Positions 37,419 to 47,271 of a stretch of 64,000 nt of DNA are shown here, in pieces. Numbering within the stretch: position 1 is the first letter of the stretch; every line of letters begins with the position of its first letter. A program made the position numbers and the translations under genes. The stretch is from a virus: IMG/VR virus record IMGVR_UViG_3300021170_000010, positions 38,900-102,899 of that record. One strand, written 5' to 3'. The notes below the pieces were generated by a model, which saw only the letters and a program-made list of their open reading frames with translations, did no database searches and was not told the DNA's origin.

Positions 37419-38393
37419 ATGCTCTTTACTGACCGCATGTTCTGCACAGCCGAGGCGCTGTCGTTCATCGACGGAGAACTATCTAACGTCGCTAAAGCGG
37501 AGAGTCTAGACATCAGCGACGCGGAGACATCGGTCCTCTGGCACTACACGCTGTCAGCGGGAGAGAAGCTGCTCTCGCGCGTCCAGAACTTTAGCGGCTA
37601 CCTTGTTGGGGTCGGCGTCAATTCGAACCACGCGGCTGCCGTGATGAACGTCCTCAGTACAGCGATCAATAGGCCGCGCGCGCTGCTTCAGCAGATCACC
37701 GTCGCGGAACCGGACCACACGCGCCACGCGTTCGCGCGCTGGTGCCGCTATTCGGTGCTCAAGGACTTCTATCAGAACGTCTTCCGCCGCAAATTGAACG
37801 ACCGCTACGAGCGGAAGATGAACGACTTCGCGGAGGAAGAGAAGGCTCACTGGACGATCCTGAAGGGACGCGGACTTCCGATCATTCTTTCTCCTCTGGC
37901 CGCACCGGGAGCGATCTGGACGTACGGCGCTGGCACCTGGGGTTCATCGAACGTGACGACCACGGCTGGTGGCTCCCAGCCTGGAGCGGCTACGTACGAC
38001 GTCTCGATCACGTGGTGTTCTCTGCCAGCATACGTCAATTACGCGAATCAGAACGGAGCGGAAAGCGCAGGGTCTATACCGCAATCTCAAGCGGTGGCTG
38101 CGAACCACGTTTTACAGATCAACCTCGCCGGATTGAATCCGCCGACGTCGATCATGCCGGTAGCGATAGGAACCGCTCAGGGGATCTTCGCGCCCATGAA
38201 CGCAACGCACTGGAACGTCTACGTCGGTCCGCAGAACGGCGCGCGCTGCTTGCAGAATGCCGTTCCGATTCCGATAGCGACGACCACGTACACGCTGGCC
38301 GACGTTCCGGTCGTTAATGGAAACTTCGAGAACGCAGGACAACCGGCGCAGTATGACTTCTCTATACCGGATGGACTTTGCTGGAGAGCATAA
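37419..38393 (+). CDS. putative head-tail adaptor with C-terminal beta domain
   Basis: Helical N-terminus, beta-rich C-terminus (ATHWNVYVG); position. Confidence 0.5.
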   Translation: MLFTDRMFCTAEALSFIDGELSNVAKAESLDISDAETSVLWHYTLSAGEKLLSRVQNFSGYLVGVGVNSNHAAAVMNVLSTAINRPRALLQQITVAEPDHTRHAFARWCRYSVLKDFYQNVFRRKLNDRYERKMNDFAEEEKAHWTILKGRGLPIILSPLAAPGAIWTYGAGTWGSSNVTTTAGGSQPGAATYDVSITWCSLPAYVNYANQNGAESAGSIPQSQAVAANHVLQINLAGLNPPTSIMPVAIGTAQGIFAPMNATHWNVYVGPQNGARCLQNAVPIPIATTTYTLADVPVVNGNFENAGQPAQYDFSIPDGLCWRA

Positions 38394-39871
38394 TGAAACT
38401 TATAGTATCAACCGCATTCTTTGCCGTGAATCTTTGGGCGCAAGGCGTGGTAAATCCTCCAGCGGTAGCGACGTATCCCGCTGCTGGTATCGCCAAATCG
38501 ACAGGTAGCGCGTGGGCTTCGAGTTACGGTGTGACGGGAACTGGCAGCAACGTAATGCTGAATTTGGACCCCACATTCCCGCTCAACAATAGCGGCCCTG
38601 TCCTGACGTGGGACCCGCAGCAGGCTGATGGGATCAAGTTCTACCATAACCTTTCAGTCGCGGCGAATCCAGGTGACCCGACCAACGGAAATCCGGCCAC
38701 TAACTGGACGTACAACATAAATTCTGGCGGCGGTGCGGCCAATCCAGCGCAGACAGGGTGGGGATGGGCCGAGGAAGGCAACTATTGCCCGACTTACCAC
38801 AACGGTACCGATCTCGTGGTGGATGGGTCGAATAACCTGAATGTTAGCAGTGCCTCTTACAACTTCGTCGCTGGCGACGTTAACCGGCAAATTCAGATCA
38901 CGGCTGGCACCGGCTGGACACACGGCTATTACACCGTCTCCAGCGTGGCCGCAAACAAAGCAATTCTTGCATCGTCCCCTGCGCCTGTAGGTACGACGGG
39001 CGGCACGTGGTGGCTGGATGACTGTAGACATGAGGCGCACGTCTTCTTTGTGGACCGCAGCGGCGTGCAGCATCGACCGTTCTCCTTGACAGTGAGCAAA
39101 TATGATTCGCTCGGCGCGGCAGGATCATGGGTTTATCTGCTTCACTTCAACACCATAAGTTTCTTCAACGGAGACGACGGAGCGGGGACCAGCGGCAACA
39201 TCAGCGCAGGAACCATCAACATGCTCGGCTACAAAACCGCTGGCACATATACGGACGGCTGGACAATTGGCACAAACCCTAGCACCGCTCAGGTGACATT
39301 TGGTAGCTTGGGTTCCCACTCCAACGCCTTGATTTTCAGCGCCTGGACATCGATCTCAATGGGTAACGTCTCGATCAACCCCAACAACGGTAATGCCCTC
39401 TCGGTTACCGGCAACGTACTTGCCTCGGCTGGCTTGCAAGGCGCGAGCGGCAACTTCGTCACCGCTGGAGCTCCACTCGTGATTTTCAATAACACATCGG
39501 GCGGCACCAACACGTCCGACATCCGATTTCAGTCAAACGGAACGAATCGCTGGCAGATCAACGACAATGGCGGCATCGGAATGCATGACTATGTTGGCGC
39601 TCGATCCGTTTTTTTCGCGGCAAGCAACGGGCCGCTTGAACTGATGCCGGATGGCGGCAAAGGTGTAACGGTGGGCAGCACGGTTACTGACCCAGGAGCC
39701 AATAATCTAGCAGTGACAGGCACGATCAAGTTCCTTGGCACAAACAGCACCGCCGCCGTGGTCGGGGTTATCGGCTCAACTTGCCCAGCGGTCACATGCA
39801 CGGCAGCTTATACCTGGGTGCAGGCCGTCGCCGCAGACGGCTCAACGATTTGGATACCGGCCTGGAAATAA
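38393..39871 (+). CDS. fibre-like protein with N-terminal signal peptide
   Basis: Start 38393 (TAATG overlap): MKLIVSTAFFAVNLWA/Q; G/S/T/N-rich; fibre-like C-terminus WVQAVAADGSTIWIPAWK. Confidence 0.65.
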   Translation: MKLIVSTAFFAVNLWAQGVVNPPAVATYPAAGIAKSTGSAWASSYGVTGTGSNVMLNLDPTFPLNNSGPVLTWDPQQADGIKFYHNLSVAANPGDPTNGNPATNWTYNINSGGGAANPAQTGWGWAEEGNYCPTYHNGTDLVVDGSNNLNVSSASYNFVAGDVNRQIQITAGTGWTHGYYTVSSVAANKAILASSPAPVGTTGGTWWLDDCRHEAHVFFVDRSGVQHRPFSLTVSKYDSLGAAGSWVYLLHFNTISFFNGDDGAGTSGNISAGTINMLGYKTAGTYTDGWTIGTNPSTAQVTFGSLGSHSNALIFSAWTSISMGNVSINPNNGNALSVTGNVLASAGLQGASGNFVTAGAPLVIFNNTSGGTNTSDIRFQSNGTNRWQINDNGGIGMHDYVGARSVFFAASNGPLELMPDGGKGVTVGSTVTDPGANNLAVTGTIKFLGTNSTAAVVGVIGSTCPAVTCTAAYTWVQAVAADGSTIWIPAWK

Positions 39872-39873
39872 TC

Positions 39874-40164
39874 ATGCGCAAATTAACGATCTTCTCAATG
39901 TTCGCCTGTGCCGCTTTCGCTCAGGATCAACCGCCCGCTGCCAAGCCCATCGCGCCCGAGTACATGACCTTGGCGACCGCGCTTGACCAGCAGATGCGGC
40001 GGATTATCGCGGAGTCGAATGCGGCTATGAAGCGGCTCGAAGCGCACGCCTGCGAAGAGGCAAATATCCCGGCAGATAAGTGCGCGGTGAACTGGCAGGC
40101 TGGTACGGTGGGCGTGAAGCCGGAGCCCGCGAAAACGGCCACCTCGGAACCGTCGAAGAACTAG
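39874..40164 (+). CDS. small signal-peptide protein (possible fibre chaperone)
   Basis: MRKLTIFSMFACAAFA/Q; helix; C..C pair. Confidence 0.65.
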   Translation: MRKLTIFSMFACAAFAQDQPPAAKPIAPEYMTLATALDQQMRRIIAESNAAMKRLEAHACEEANIPADKCAVNWQAGTVGVKPEPAKTATSEPSKN

Positions 40165-40165
40165 A

Positions 40166-42475
40166 ATGAACGCGCTATATAAAATTATCGTCAGCATCCT
40201 CCTGGCAGCCTGTACCGCGTGGTGTCAGGATACCCTGACGACCGTATCCGAAGTGATCCACGACGGAGCCGGAAATCCAGTCAGCGGTTCCTGCACGTTC
40301 CGCGCGGCTACAGGAAGATTCCTCGGAGCAGCGCAGGACCAGATAATCGGCGAGCCGGTTACCGTGAAGTTCAAGAGCGGAGCGTTCTTCGCGAAGATCG
40401 TTCCGACGGATACGGGAGTACCGGTAGGGCAGTATTATGCCGCATCGTGCGTCTCCGATACGCGCGGATGGAGCAAGACCGGAATCTGGCTCGTGCCTAC
40501 CTCGTCTACGCCGGTGACGTGGAATTCGATATGGGGAACGACGCCTCCGAATCCGTCTGCCATGATTCCGCCGTCTCAGGTAGTCTCTGCTGGAATCGGA
40601 GCCGGAACGTTCTGCTTCCTATCAGTGAACGGAACGGTCGGATGGAATCCATGCCCGAACACAAGCGCCGCGAATTATAACTTTACGCCGCAGACTCCGG
40701 GCGGAACGCTAACGTCCGGAATAACGAACACGATCTCTCTTCCTCTCGGATGCCCGCTCGGAGTTTCTGGAACTGACGTAGCGCACTACGTATACCTTTC
40801 TAACGGTACCGGGACTGCGGAAGCCACTCCGATAACCGGCGGGACCTGCACCAGTGGAGCGCCATCCGGAACGATCACCGTAACGCCTGCTAACAACCAC
40901 AGCGGAGCGTGGACGGTCGGTAGCGCATCAGTCGGTATTCAGGAGGCCATAAACTCCGCTATAGTCGGCTCTATCGTCCCCGTTCCTCCTGGAGCGTACA
41001 CCGTCTCTCCGATCACGATATCGAGTAAGATCAATCTCTCGCTTTCGTCCGGAGCGGTCCTGACGCTGCGGAACAATAGCAACTTCCCGGTTATAACGAT
41101 AACCGCTGGCGGATCTTCGATATCTGGCGGGGAGATCAACGGAAACGGAACCAATAATACGTCTCCGCCGACCATCGGAAACGACGGCGTGGCCGTCAAC
41201 GGGGCCTCTAAGGTCGAAGTCTCCGGAATCTATATTCACAATTGCGCTAATGCCGGAGTACTTCTGACCGGCGCTACCACTGAATCAAGCGTTCACGATA
41301 ATCACTTTTCGGCTAACGGGATGCCAGCGTGGATGAGCGGTTCCGGAGTAGCGCAGAACGTAATCCGAAACAATACATCGAACGGCGACGTCGATGGAAT
41401 CTACGCGAACTCCGCTGGCCGGAACATAATCGCGTCGAACATCATAGAGAACACGACCGGCCCGTGGCCGTCTCCGGATAACGCAGGTTGCATATACTTT
41501 GATACGGCTCAGACCGTAACCGGAAATACTCTCACGAACTGCGGCAACAAAGGTATAACTAACTTTTTCGCAACGAACTGCACGATCACGAATAACGTCA
41601 TCCTGAATTCTGGCGCGTTGGCTACTTCGGTCTATCGCGGTACCGCCATCGAGATTAACGACGGCAATAGCTGCGTGATCCAGGGGAACTTTATTAGGTC
41701 TCCATCGGGAGCCGGTATCCTGATTCTAGATACGATAAACGCGGTCGTCACGTCGAATCGAATCGAGAACGCAGGCCAATGGTGTCCGGCTCATTTAAGT
41801 GAATCGCAGCCGCAGGTGTGCAGTGCCATCGCTATGTTCTGGGAATCGCAGAGCCCGTCTGTGGCCAGTACGGCGAACAACACAATCGCCCTTAACGTCT
41901 TTACCGGAGCCGCCGTATATGGCATTCGCGAGGACGACTTCAATTCGCCCGTTCAGCAGGCTCACTTCCTGACGAATACCTACCTCGGCAATTACGGGTT
42001 CGCCAGCGGAACGACGGATCTTTCTCTCGCTCCGAATACGACGGCCATAGTGGCCTGCAACAACCTGAACGCCATCTACGGTAGCGTCGGGTGTAGTTTA
42101 TTGAATCCAGTCTTCAGCGGCCTTACGGTGGCGACCGGTAATATGGAAGTGCAGACGATACCAGTCGCGACATTTAAAGTAGGCACCGGCCCTAACGGTG
42201 GAAACGCTGATGGCATCCTGATGAAGTGGGACAACGGACCACACAACGGCTACACGGACGTAAGCGGCCCGTTCATTGGTCTGCGTCCCTGGATCATCAC
42301 GGACCAATCGACCAGTTGGAACGGCTGCGTGCAATACGAAGGCACCGGCAGTCCGAACGGCGTCGTCACCGGAAACCCCTGCGACCGGTACTGGAACAAG
42401 TCCGGCGGATCGGGAACGACCATGTACGTGAAGGAATCCGGTACGGCGTCGAATACTGGATGGGTCGGGAAGTAG
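40166..42475 (+). CDS. beta-helix (pectate-lyase-like) spike/depolymerase with signal peptide
   Basis: MNALYKIIVSILLAACTAWC/Q; parallel beta-helix repeats (I.NN.I.N); C-terminal GSPNGVVTG...YVKESG..NTGW spike motif. Confidence 0.75.
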   Translation: MNALYKIIVSILLAACTAWCQDTLTTVSEVIHDGAGNPVSGSCTFRAATGRFLGAAQDQIIGEPVTVKFKSGAFFAKIVPTDTGVPVGQYYAASCVSDTRGWSKTGIWLVPTSSTPVTWNSIWGTTPPNPSAMIPPSQVVSAGIGAGTFCFLSVNGTVGWNPCPNTSAANYNFTPQTPGGTLTSGITNTISLPLGCPLGVSGTDVAHYVYLSNGTGTAEATPITGGTCTSGAPSGTITVTPANNHSGAWTVGSASVGIQEAINSAIVGSIVPVPPGAYTVSPITISSKINLSLSSGAVLTLRNNSNFPVITITAGGSSISGGEINGNGTNNTSPPTIGNDGVAVNGASKVEVSGIYIHNCANAGVLLTGATTESSVHDNHFSANGMPAWMSGSGVAQNVIRNNTSNGDVDGIYANSAGRNIIASNIIENTTGPWPSPDNAGCIYFDTAQTVTGNTLTNCGNKGITNFFATNCTITNNVILNSGALATSVYRGTAIEINDGNSCVIQGNFIRSPSGAGILILDTINAVVTSNRIENAGQWCPAHLSESQPQVCSAIAMFWESQSPSVASTANNTIALNVFTGAAVYGIREDDFNSPVQQAHFLTNTYLGNYGFASGTTDLSLAPNTTAIVACNNLNAIYGSVGCSLLNPVFSGLTVATGNMEVQTIPVATFKVGTGPNGGNADGILMKWDNGPHNGYTDVSGPFIGLRPWIITDQSTSWNGCVQYEGTGSPNGVVTGNPCDRYWNKSGGSGTTMYVKESGTASNTGWVGK

Positions 42476-42482
42476 CGTAGGC

Positions 42483-43322
42483 ATGCCTTCTCTCGATAAG
42501 ATCCACGCGCAGCAATCCGCGTATCAGGACGCGATGGTCCGCGCGTTCGAAGAGCATCTACGCGCCATAGTCACGGCTTCTCAGGCGAGCGTAACGGCGA
42601 AACTACAGCACGATCTCGTGATCGAAGACGGCATAATCCAGCAGACTCCGGGGAATCTTAAACTCATCAGGAATCTGAATAATCTTCTCGTTAAGGAGAT
42701 GAAGAAGCGCGGATTAAAGACGCTTCTGAACGCCTATGCCGGAGAGTTTCCGCAGCAGCTTCAGTTCTTCGATCAGACGCTGGAGTACCTCTCAGAGCAA
42801 ATGGATACTCCGCTTCCGAAGATCAAGTTCACCGGAGCCGACATAAGCGTCATGTCGAGCTTCCAGGCGAACGCGGTATCGAGTCTTGAAACGGCTATGG
42901 AGACGGCGGCTGCGGCAGTAATGACGCGCGGTATGTTGAGCGTCGGCGGCCTACGCTTCGGAGAGCTGGTAGAAACGCTCGGTAAGCGCCTCGACGTTGG
43001 AATCGCTCAGGCGCGAACGATAGCCGATACCGGAATGAGTGTGTTCTACCGGACGGCGACGGATCGCGGATATCGGGCTATCGAGGCTTCGTTTGGAAAG
43101 ACCGTAGTGAAGTATAAGTATAGCGGTCCGAACGACGTACTGACGCGTCCGTTCTGCGTTCATCTTCTCGCGGTCGATAAAGCGTATACGCGAGAGCAGA
43201 TCGACAAGATGAGCAACGGTCAACTCCCGAACGTCTTCATCAGTGGCGGTGGTTGGAACTGCCGCCATAATTTCCTCCTCGACGTAAGCGAACTAGAAGT
43301 TATGGCTGCGGAGGCCGCATGA
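42483..43322 (+). CDS. head morphogenesis / minor capsid protein (SPP1 gp7/MuF-like)
   Basis: YSGPND..TRPFC...GGWNCRH. Confidence 0.75.
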   Translation: MPSLDKIHAQQSAYQDAMVRAFEEHLRAIVTASQASVTAKLQHDLVIEDGIIQQTPGNLKLIRNLNNLLVKEMKKRGLKTLLNAYAGEFPQQLQFFDQTLEYLSEQMDTPLPKIKFTGADISVMSSFQANAVSSLETAMETAAAAVMTRGMLSVGGLRFGELVETLGKRLDVGIAQARTIADTGMSVFYRTATDRGYRAIEASFGKTVVKYKYSGPNDVLTRPFCVHLLAVDKAYTREQIDKMSNGQLPNVFISGGGWNCRHNFLLDVSELEVMAAEAA

Positions 43323-43541
43323 CGCCGATTCCGGAAGGAATCAAGAAAGAGCGTACTCCTTCTGAGACTCTTATAGCCGCACTAGAAGACTTCGGAGAAT
43401 CCGAACCTCAGATGTGCGTGATTATCTGGACGAGTGACAACGGTGATATAAATTGGAGTACTTCGACGCGCAATCGGTCTCCGATAGTCGGAATGCTAGA
43501 GACGGTGAAGCATTTGATCCTGAAACGTATGGAAGACGACC

Positions 43542-44321
43542 ATGCCTAGCGGCGCGACGTTCACTACTCCCGGAGGCGGAAACGCGGCTATATCAATCCG
43601 ACAGGAAGTTCACGCGCTTATGACCGTAACGGCTGGAGATATGCTCTACGTCGGACAGGCATACCGCGCTCGGATCGTGAAGCGTACGCTCCAGGGGACC
43701 GACGTCAATGGAGTACCGTTTGCCGCGTACTCGCAGAAAGGTCCCTACTACTTCTACCCGAATAGGGAAGTCGGAGCCGCTCACGGACCGAAGGCCACGG
43801 CTAGCAGCCGCAAGGCTCGTGCGACGGCTGCGAAAGGTAGACAACGGCTCGCTAAGGGCCAAAGAACGCCCTACGGTATCCGCTACGCCAGCTACGGGGC
43901 AGCTAAGGCGGCTCACGGAGTCGGAAACGTCAACCTCTACGGCATGGAGCAGCATACGCACATGCTTGATACGATTATGGTGCGCGCCGGAGGTTCGGAG
44001 TTGCCGCCCAGTTCCGGCGGCGCGGACTTCGGAAGTGAGTTCTCTTCGTTCGAAGCGAATACTCCGGAGAACAATCTGGCCATCGGATTCTACGGCCCTG
44101 AGGCGGAACGCGCGCGCGGAAATAATGAAGGCGTTCCGAAGGTCAATCTTCCGAAGCGGGAATTCTTCGCTCTTAACGACATGGACCTGCGCGTCGGAGA
44201 GCGGGCGATAGGGCAGAGGATGATGTCGCGCGCGCAGGCCGGATCATCCGGGGCATCTCCCGCGTCGAACGTGGCGCAATATCAGAGCGGTCCGATAACG
44301 ATAGACGACGTGGGATTCTAA
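43542..44321 (+). CDS. neck / tail completion protein
   Basis: G.DV.G..F..YS; LPKREFF. Confidence 0.6.
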   Translation: MPSGATFTTPGGGNAAISIRQEVHALMTVTAGDMLYVGQAYRARIVKRTLQGTDVNGVPFAAYSQKGPYYFYPNREVGAAHGPKATASSRKARATAAKGRQRLAKGQRTPYGIRYASYGAAKAAHGVGNVNLYGMEQHTHMLDTIMVRAGGSELPPSSGGADFGSEFSSFEANTPENNLAIGFYGPEAERARGNNEGVPKVNLPKREFFALNDMDLRVGERAIGQRMMSRAQAGSSGASPASNVAQYQSGPITIDDVGF

Positions 44322-44324
44322 CGA

Positions 44325-44891
44325 ATGGCCGACGTCTGCCGCATCGCGCGACAAGCTCTGTTCAATCGGATCTCTGATCAGACGCTTGGGTTCAATGCTA
44401 CGTACGCAGCCGTTCAGCCGGGGTATTTAGACTTCTTTAGCGGAGATCCGGTCGATCCAATCGTCATTGACTTCTCGGCGGGTTCGGTAAATTTCAACTT
44501 CGGACGCGTGCCGCCGGACTTGATCGAAGAAACGTCCGCGTTCACGTATCCGTTTCTAACGATATCAGCAGAGCGGATTCAGCCGTGGGGAACCGGGAAC
44601 CGCGTCCACTACCAGCAGTTTTCCGGCGCGATACAGGGATTCGTTGAAGTCCACGTTTCCTGGGAGCAAGAAGAAGTACGCGACTTCGAAACTCTTCCTG
44701 ACGCCGTGATCGACGCAATGTTCCAGTGCGTGCAGGCTCCGTCCATGAGCCAGCCAAACGTTGCGAATTCCTGGAACACTCTGAACTTCCGGTACGATCT
44801 GAGCGCTCAGAAGACTCCGGTGTTAGCCCTCGGCCAGGGATGGCGCAGGACGATTCTGTTCGCGTGCTCGTTCGAGGCGATGATCGCCTGA
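44325..44891 (+). CDS. putative tail terminator
   Basis: Size and position before the major tail gene; YPFLTI. Confidence 0.5.
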   Translation: MADVCRIARQALFNRISDQTLGFNATYAAVQPGYLDFFSGDPVDPIVIDFSAGSVNFNFGRVPPDLIEETSAFTYPFLTISAERIQPWGTGNRVHYQQFSGAIQGFVEVHVSWEQEEVRDFETLPDAVIDAMFQCVQAPSMSQPNVANSWNTLNFRYDLSAQKTPVLALGQGWRRTILFACSFEAMIA

Positions 44892-44913
44892 AAGGTATAA
44901 GGAGAATCAAAAA

Positions 44914-45240
44914 ATGGTCTATCGTTTCGTTGGTTCGTCCGTCGATCTCGGCGGCAGAATGGTCGAGCGCTTCGGAGAGAAGGTCGAACTCGATGAGGCG
45001 TTCGTGCGCGAACTGGCTGATCGGAACTGCTTCCTGCCGGACGCTGACTTCGCCGCGTGCGGCTTTACTCCGACAGAACTTGAAGCTAACTATTCCACGC
45101 AGCTTCACGTCGGCGCGAAGACGGAGTTCATCGCCAAGCGCGACAAGGCTTGGGCAGCGCTGGCTGCGTATCGGAAAGCGCTAAAGACTCCATCGGCGGA
45201 TGTCGTCGCCCCAATCGTACCCGTAAAGGAAGGTGAATAG
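44914..45240 (+). CDS. hypothetical tail-module protein
   Basis: AAGGAG RBS. Confidence 0.55.
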   Translation: MVYRFVGSSVDLGGRMVERFGEKVELDEAFVRELADRNCFLPDADFAACGFTPTELEANYSTQLHVGAKTEFIAKRDKAWAALAAYRKALKTPSADVVAPIVPVKEGE

Positions 45241-45242
45241 CC

Positions 45243-46292
45243 ATGGCCGTTTGGTCAGCAAGTCCTCTTGATCGGGTGTTCGTCCAAGCGCAGGCTTCGA
45301 ACACTCCGCGAACCATCACGAACAGCGCCGGAACGTGGACGAACACCGGCTCTATCCTCACGCGCCACCAGAGCCTCACTCTTACGCAGAACAGGCCGAC
45401 GACGACGGCTCCGTATAAAACCGGAACGCGGTCGAACCTCAACGGCATCGCGGGGCGCACGTCCGGCGGATTTACCTGGACCGGTCCGCTGATCCCGAAC
45501 GGCGTGACGTCTACGAATCCAGATCTCGATCCGATGTTCTCTGCTATGTTCGGACAGGTCGGATCTGCCGGAGCGTACACTATGCTCGATACCGGCATCC
45601 TGCCGTTCGCTCTCTTCCGCTTCAATCGTTCCGGCGGATCGAGTCCGGAGCATCAAATCGCGGGCGGATGTATTCCGCAGCGCGTGACGTTCACGTTCGG
45701 CGGCGAGCACATGATGATGAGCGTCGAAGGAAAGTGCGTCGCGATCTGTAGTTCGGCCCAGTTCTCGCAGTATCCGTTCACCGGATTCGATACCGTGTCG
45801 CAGTTCGGCCTGACGACGTTTCCGACGGAGCCGAGTTCCGGCGCTCCGATCACAGTTCACGGCAGCCTGATCAACGGCTTCGGCGGAACGGCGACTATGT
45901 TCACGGTTTCTCCGCTCGGTCTGCGCGGCACGTATTCCATCGTCCTGAATACCGGCCTCGACTTCGCGGAAGATGGGTACCTCGACGGTTATCCGTTTGC
46001 CATTACGTCCGGGCGCAGAACGGCGTCGATCAGTAACATGCACTTCATCGACTCCGACGACACGAACCTGAAGACGCTCAAGGTGAATTCGTTTACGAAG
46101 ACCTCCGGCGACATAGTGATCGTCGTCAACAATATCTCGGGAGCCACCGCGACGTTCACGCTGAAGAGCGTCCAATTGAATCCGTATCAGATCGTCGAGA
46201 ACGGCGGAGCGTTCGACATCAACTTTTCAGAAGCCACGGCCCACGCGAGCGCCATCGGCAACATCGACGACTTCAGCTTGGCGTTTACGTAG
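45243..46292 (+). CDS. major tail (tube) protein
   Basis: 349 aa, beta-rich, upstream of chaperone and TMP. Confidence 0.7.
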   Translation: MAVWSASPLDRVFVQAQASNTPRTITNSAGTWTNTGSILTRHQSLTLTQNRPTTTAPYKTGTRSNLNGIAGRTSGGFTWTGPLIPNGVTSTNPDLDPMFSAMFGQVGSAGAYTMLDTGILPFALFRFNRSGGSSPEHQIAGGCIPQRVTFTFGGEHMMMSVEGKCVAICSSAQFSQYPFTGFDTVSQFGLTTFPTEPSSGAPITVHGSLINGFGGTATMFTVSPLGLRGTYSIVLNTGLDFAEDGYLDGYPFAITSGRRTASISNMHFIDSDDTNLKTLKVNSFTKTSGDIVIVVNNISGATATFTLKSVQLNPYQIVENGGAFDINFSEATAHASAIGNIDDFSLAFT

Positions 46293-46307
46293 AAAGAAAG
46301 AGACGGT

Positions 46308-46949
46308 ATGGCATTTTCAGCAGAATACGAGTTCGCTTCAGCGGCAGTTCCTGGATCGAAGATCACGCTCCGCCGCATGGGGTTCGCGCGGCGGACGGAG
46401 GTAGACTTTAAGGCGCTGAAGCTGCGCCAGAGGATGCGCGAGATCGAGCAGGAATATCCTCCGCAGAACGATAGGGAGAAGGAGATATCGCGCCAACTCC
46501 AGGCAGCTATGAAGAAGCTGGAGTATACTCCGGAAGCCGATAAGCTGGCCGTCTATTCTGCCGACGTCGCGCCGCTCGAAGAAGAATTCCGCAACGTCCC
46601 GATATCGGTAGAGATTCGGAAGACTCGCGCCGCGTTCGATCAGGAGTATGCGCTCGTCGATTCGCAGATCCGCTTGATCTGGATTCGAGAAGGATTCGTT
46701 AAGATCGAGGGCGGCGAAGCGGACGGCATGACGGTCGATCAGATCCTCGATTCGGCTCCTCAGGCGCTCTCATTTGAGATCTACGCGGCGCTTCTTTCGG
46801 ACGGGCGATTGACGGGAGAAGAATCAAAAAACTCGCAATCGCATTCCACTTCGGACGCACCGGCGGGTGGGACAAGCGAGAGTACAAGTGCGCCGGGTGC
46901 GTCGAATGGAACAACCGAAACTGCTATACCAAGCACCCAGGCAGCGTAG
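46308..46949 (+). CDS. tail assembly chaperone (G)
   Basis: Position; slippery A AAA AAC at 46826-46832. Confidence 0.75.
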   Translation: MAFSAEYEFASAAVPGSKITLRRMGFARRTEVDFKALKLRQRMREIEQEYPPQNDREKEISRQLQAAMKKLEYTPEADKLAVYSADVAPLEEEFRNVPISVEIRKTRAAFDQEYALVDSQIRLIWIREGFVKIEGGEADGMTVDQILDSAPQALSFEIYAALLSDGRLTGEESKNSQSHSTSDAPAGGTSESTSAPGASNGTTETAIPSTQAA

Positions 46950-47266
46950 CGCCGAAGCGTCAGCAATGGTGGATGCCGCGCTACGAGGTCCGCGTACGCA
47001 AGGCTCGGCGGATGACGCAGGGATGGGACGTGATTCCTACTCCCGCGCCGATCAACGACGGACCAGCTACGGCGGAATGTCCGGTATCACTGATATCTCA
47101 ACGCTCCGTGGAACTAATTCAAGTGGCGTCCGCCATCGTCTCCGGAGAAACGATCAACGCGGACATCGTGGAACTACCCGGTTCCGTAGTTGACGCTCTT
47201 CGAATCATTCAGCGCGAAACAAAGATGGCCGAGAACGCGATAGACGAAGCCGTTCATAACGAGTGA
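46826..47266 (+). CDS. tail assembly chaperone GT extension via -1 frameshift
   Basis: -1 frame is open from the slippery site (LAIAFHFG...WWMPRYEV) into ORF 46973-47266. Confidence 0.75.
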   Translation, partial: KKLAIAFHFGRTGGWDKREYKCAGCVEWNNRNCYTKHPGSVAPKRQQWWMPRYEVRVRKARRMTQGWDVIPTPAPINDGPATAECPVSLISQRSVELIQVASAIVSGETINADIVELPGSVVDALRIIQRETKMAENAIDEAVHNE

Positions 47267-47271
47267 TCTAG

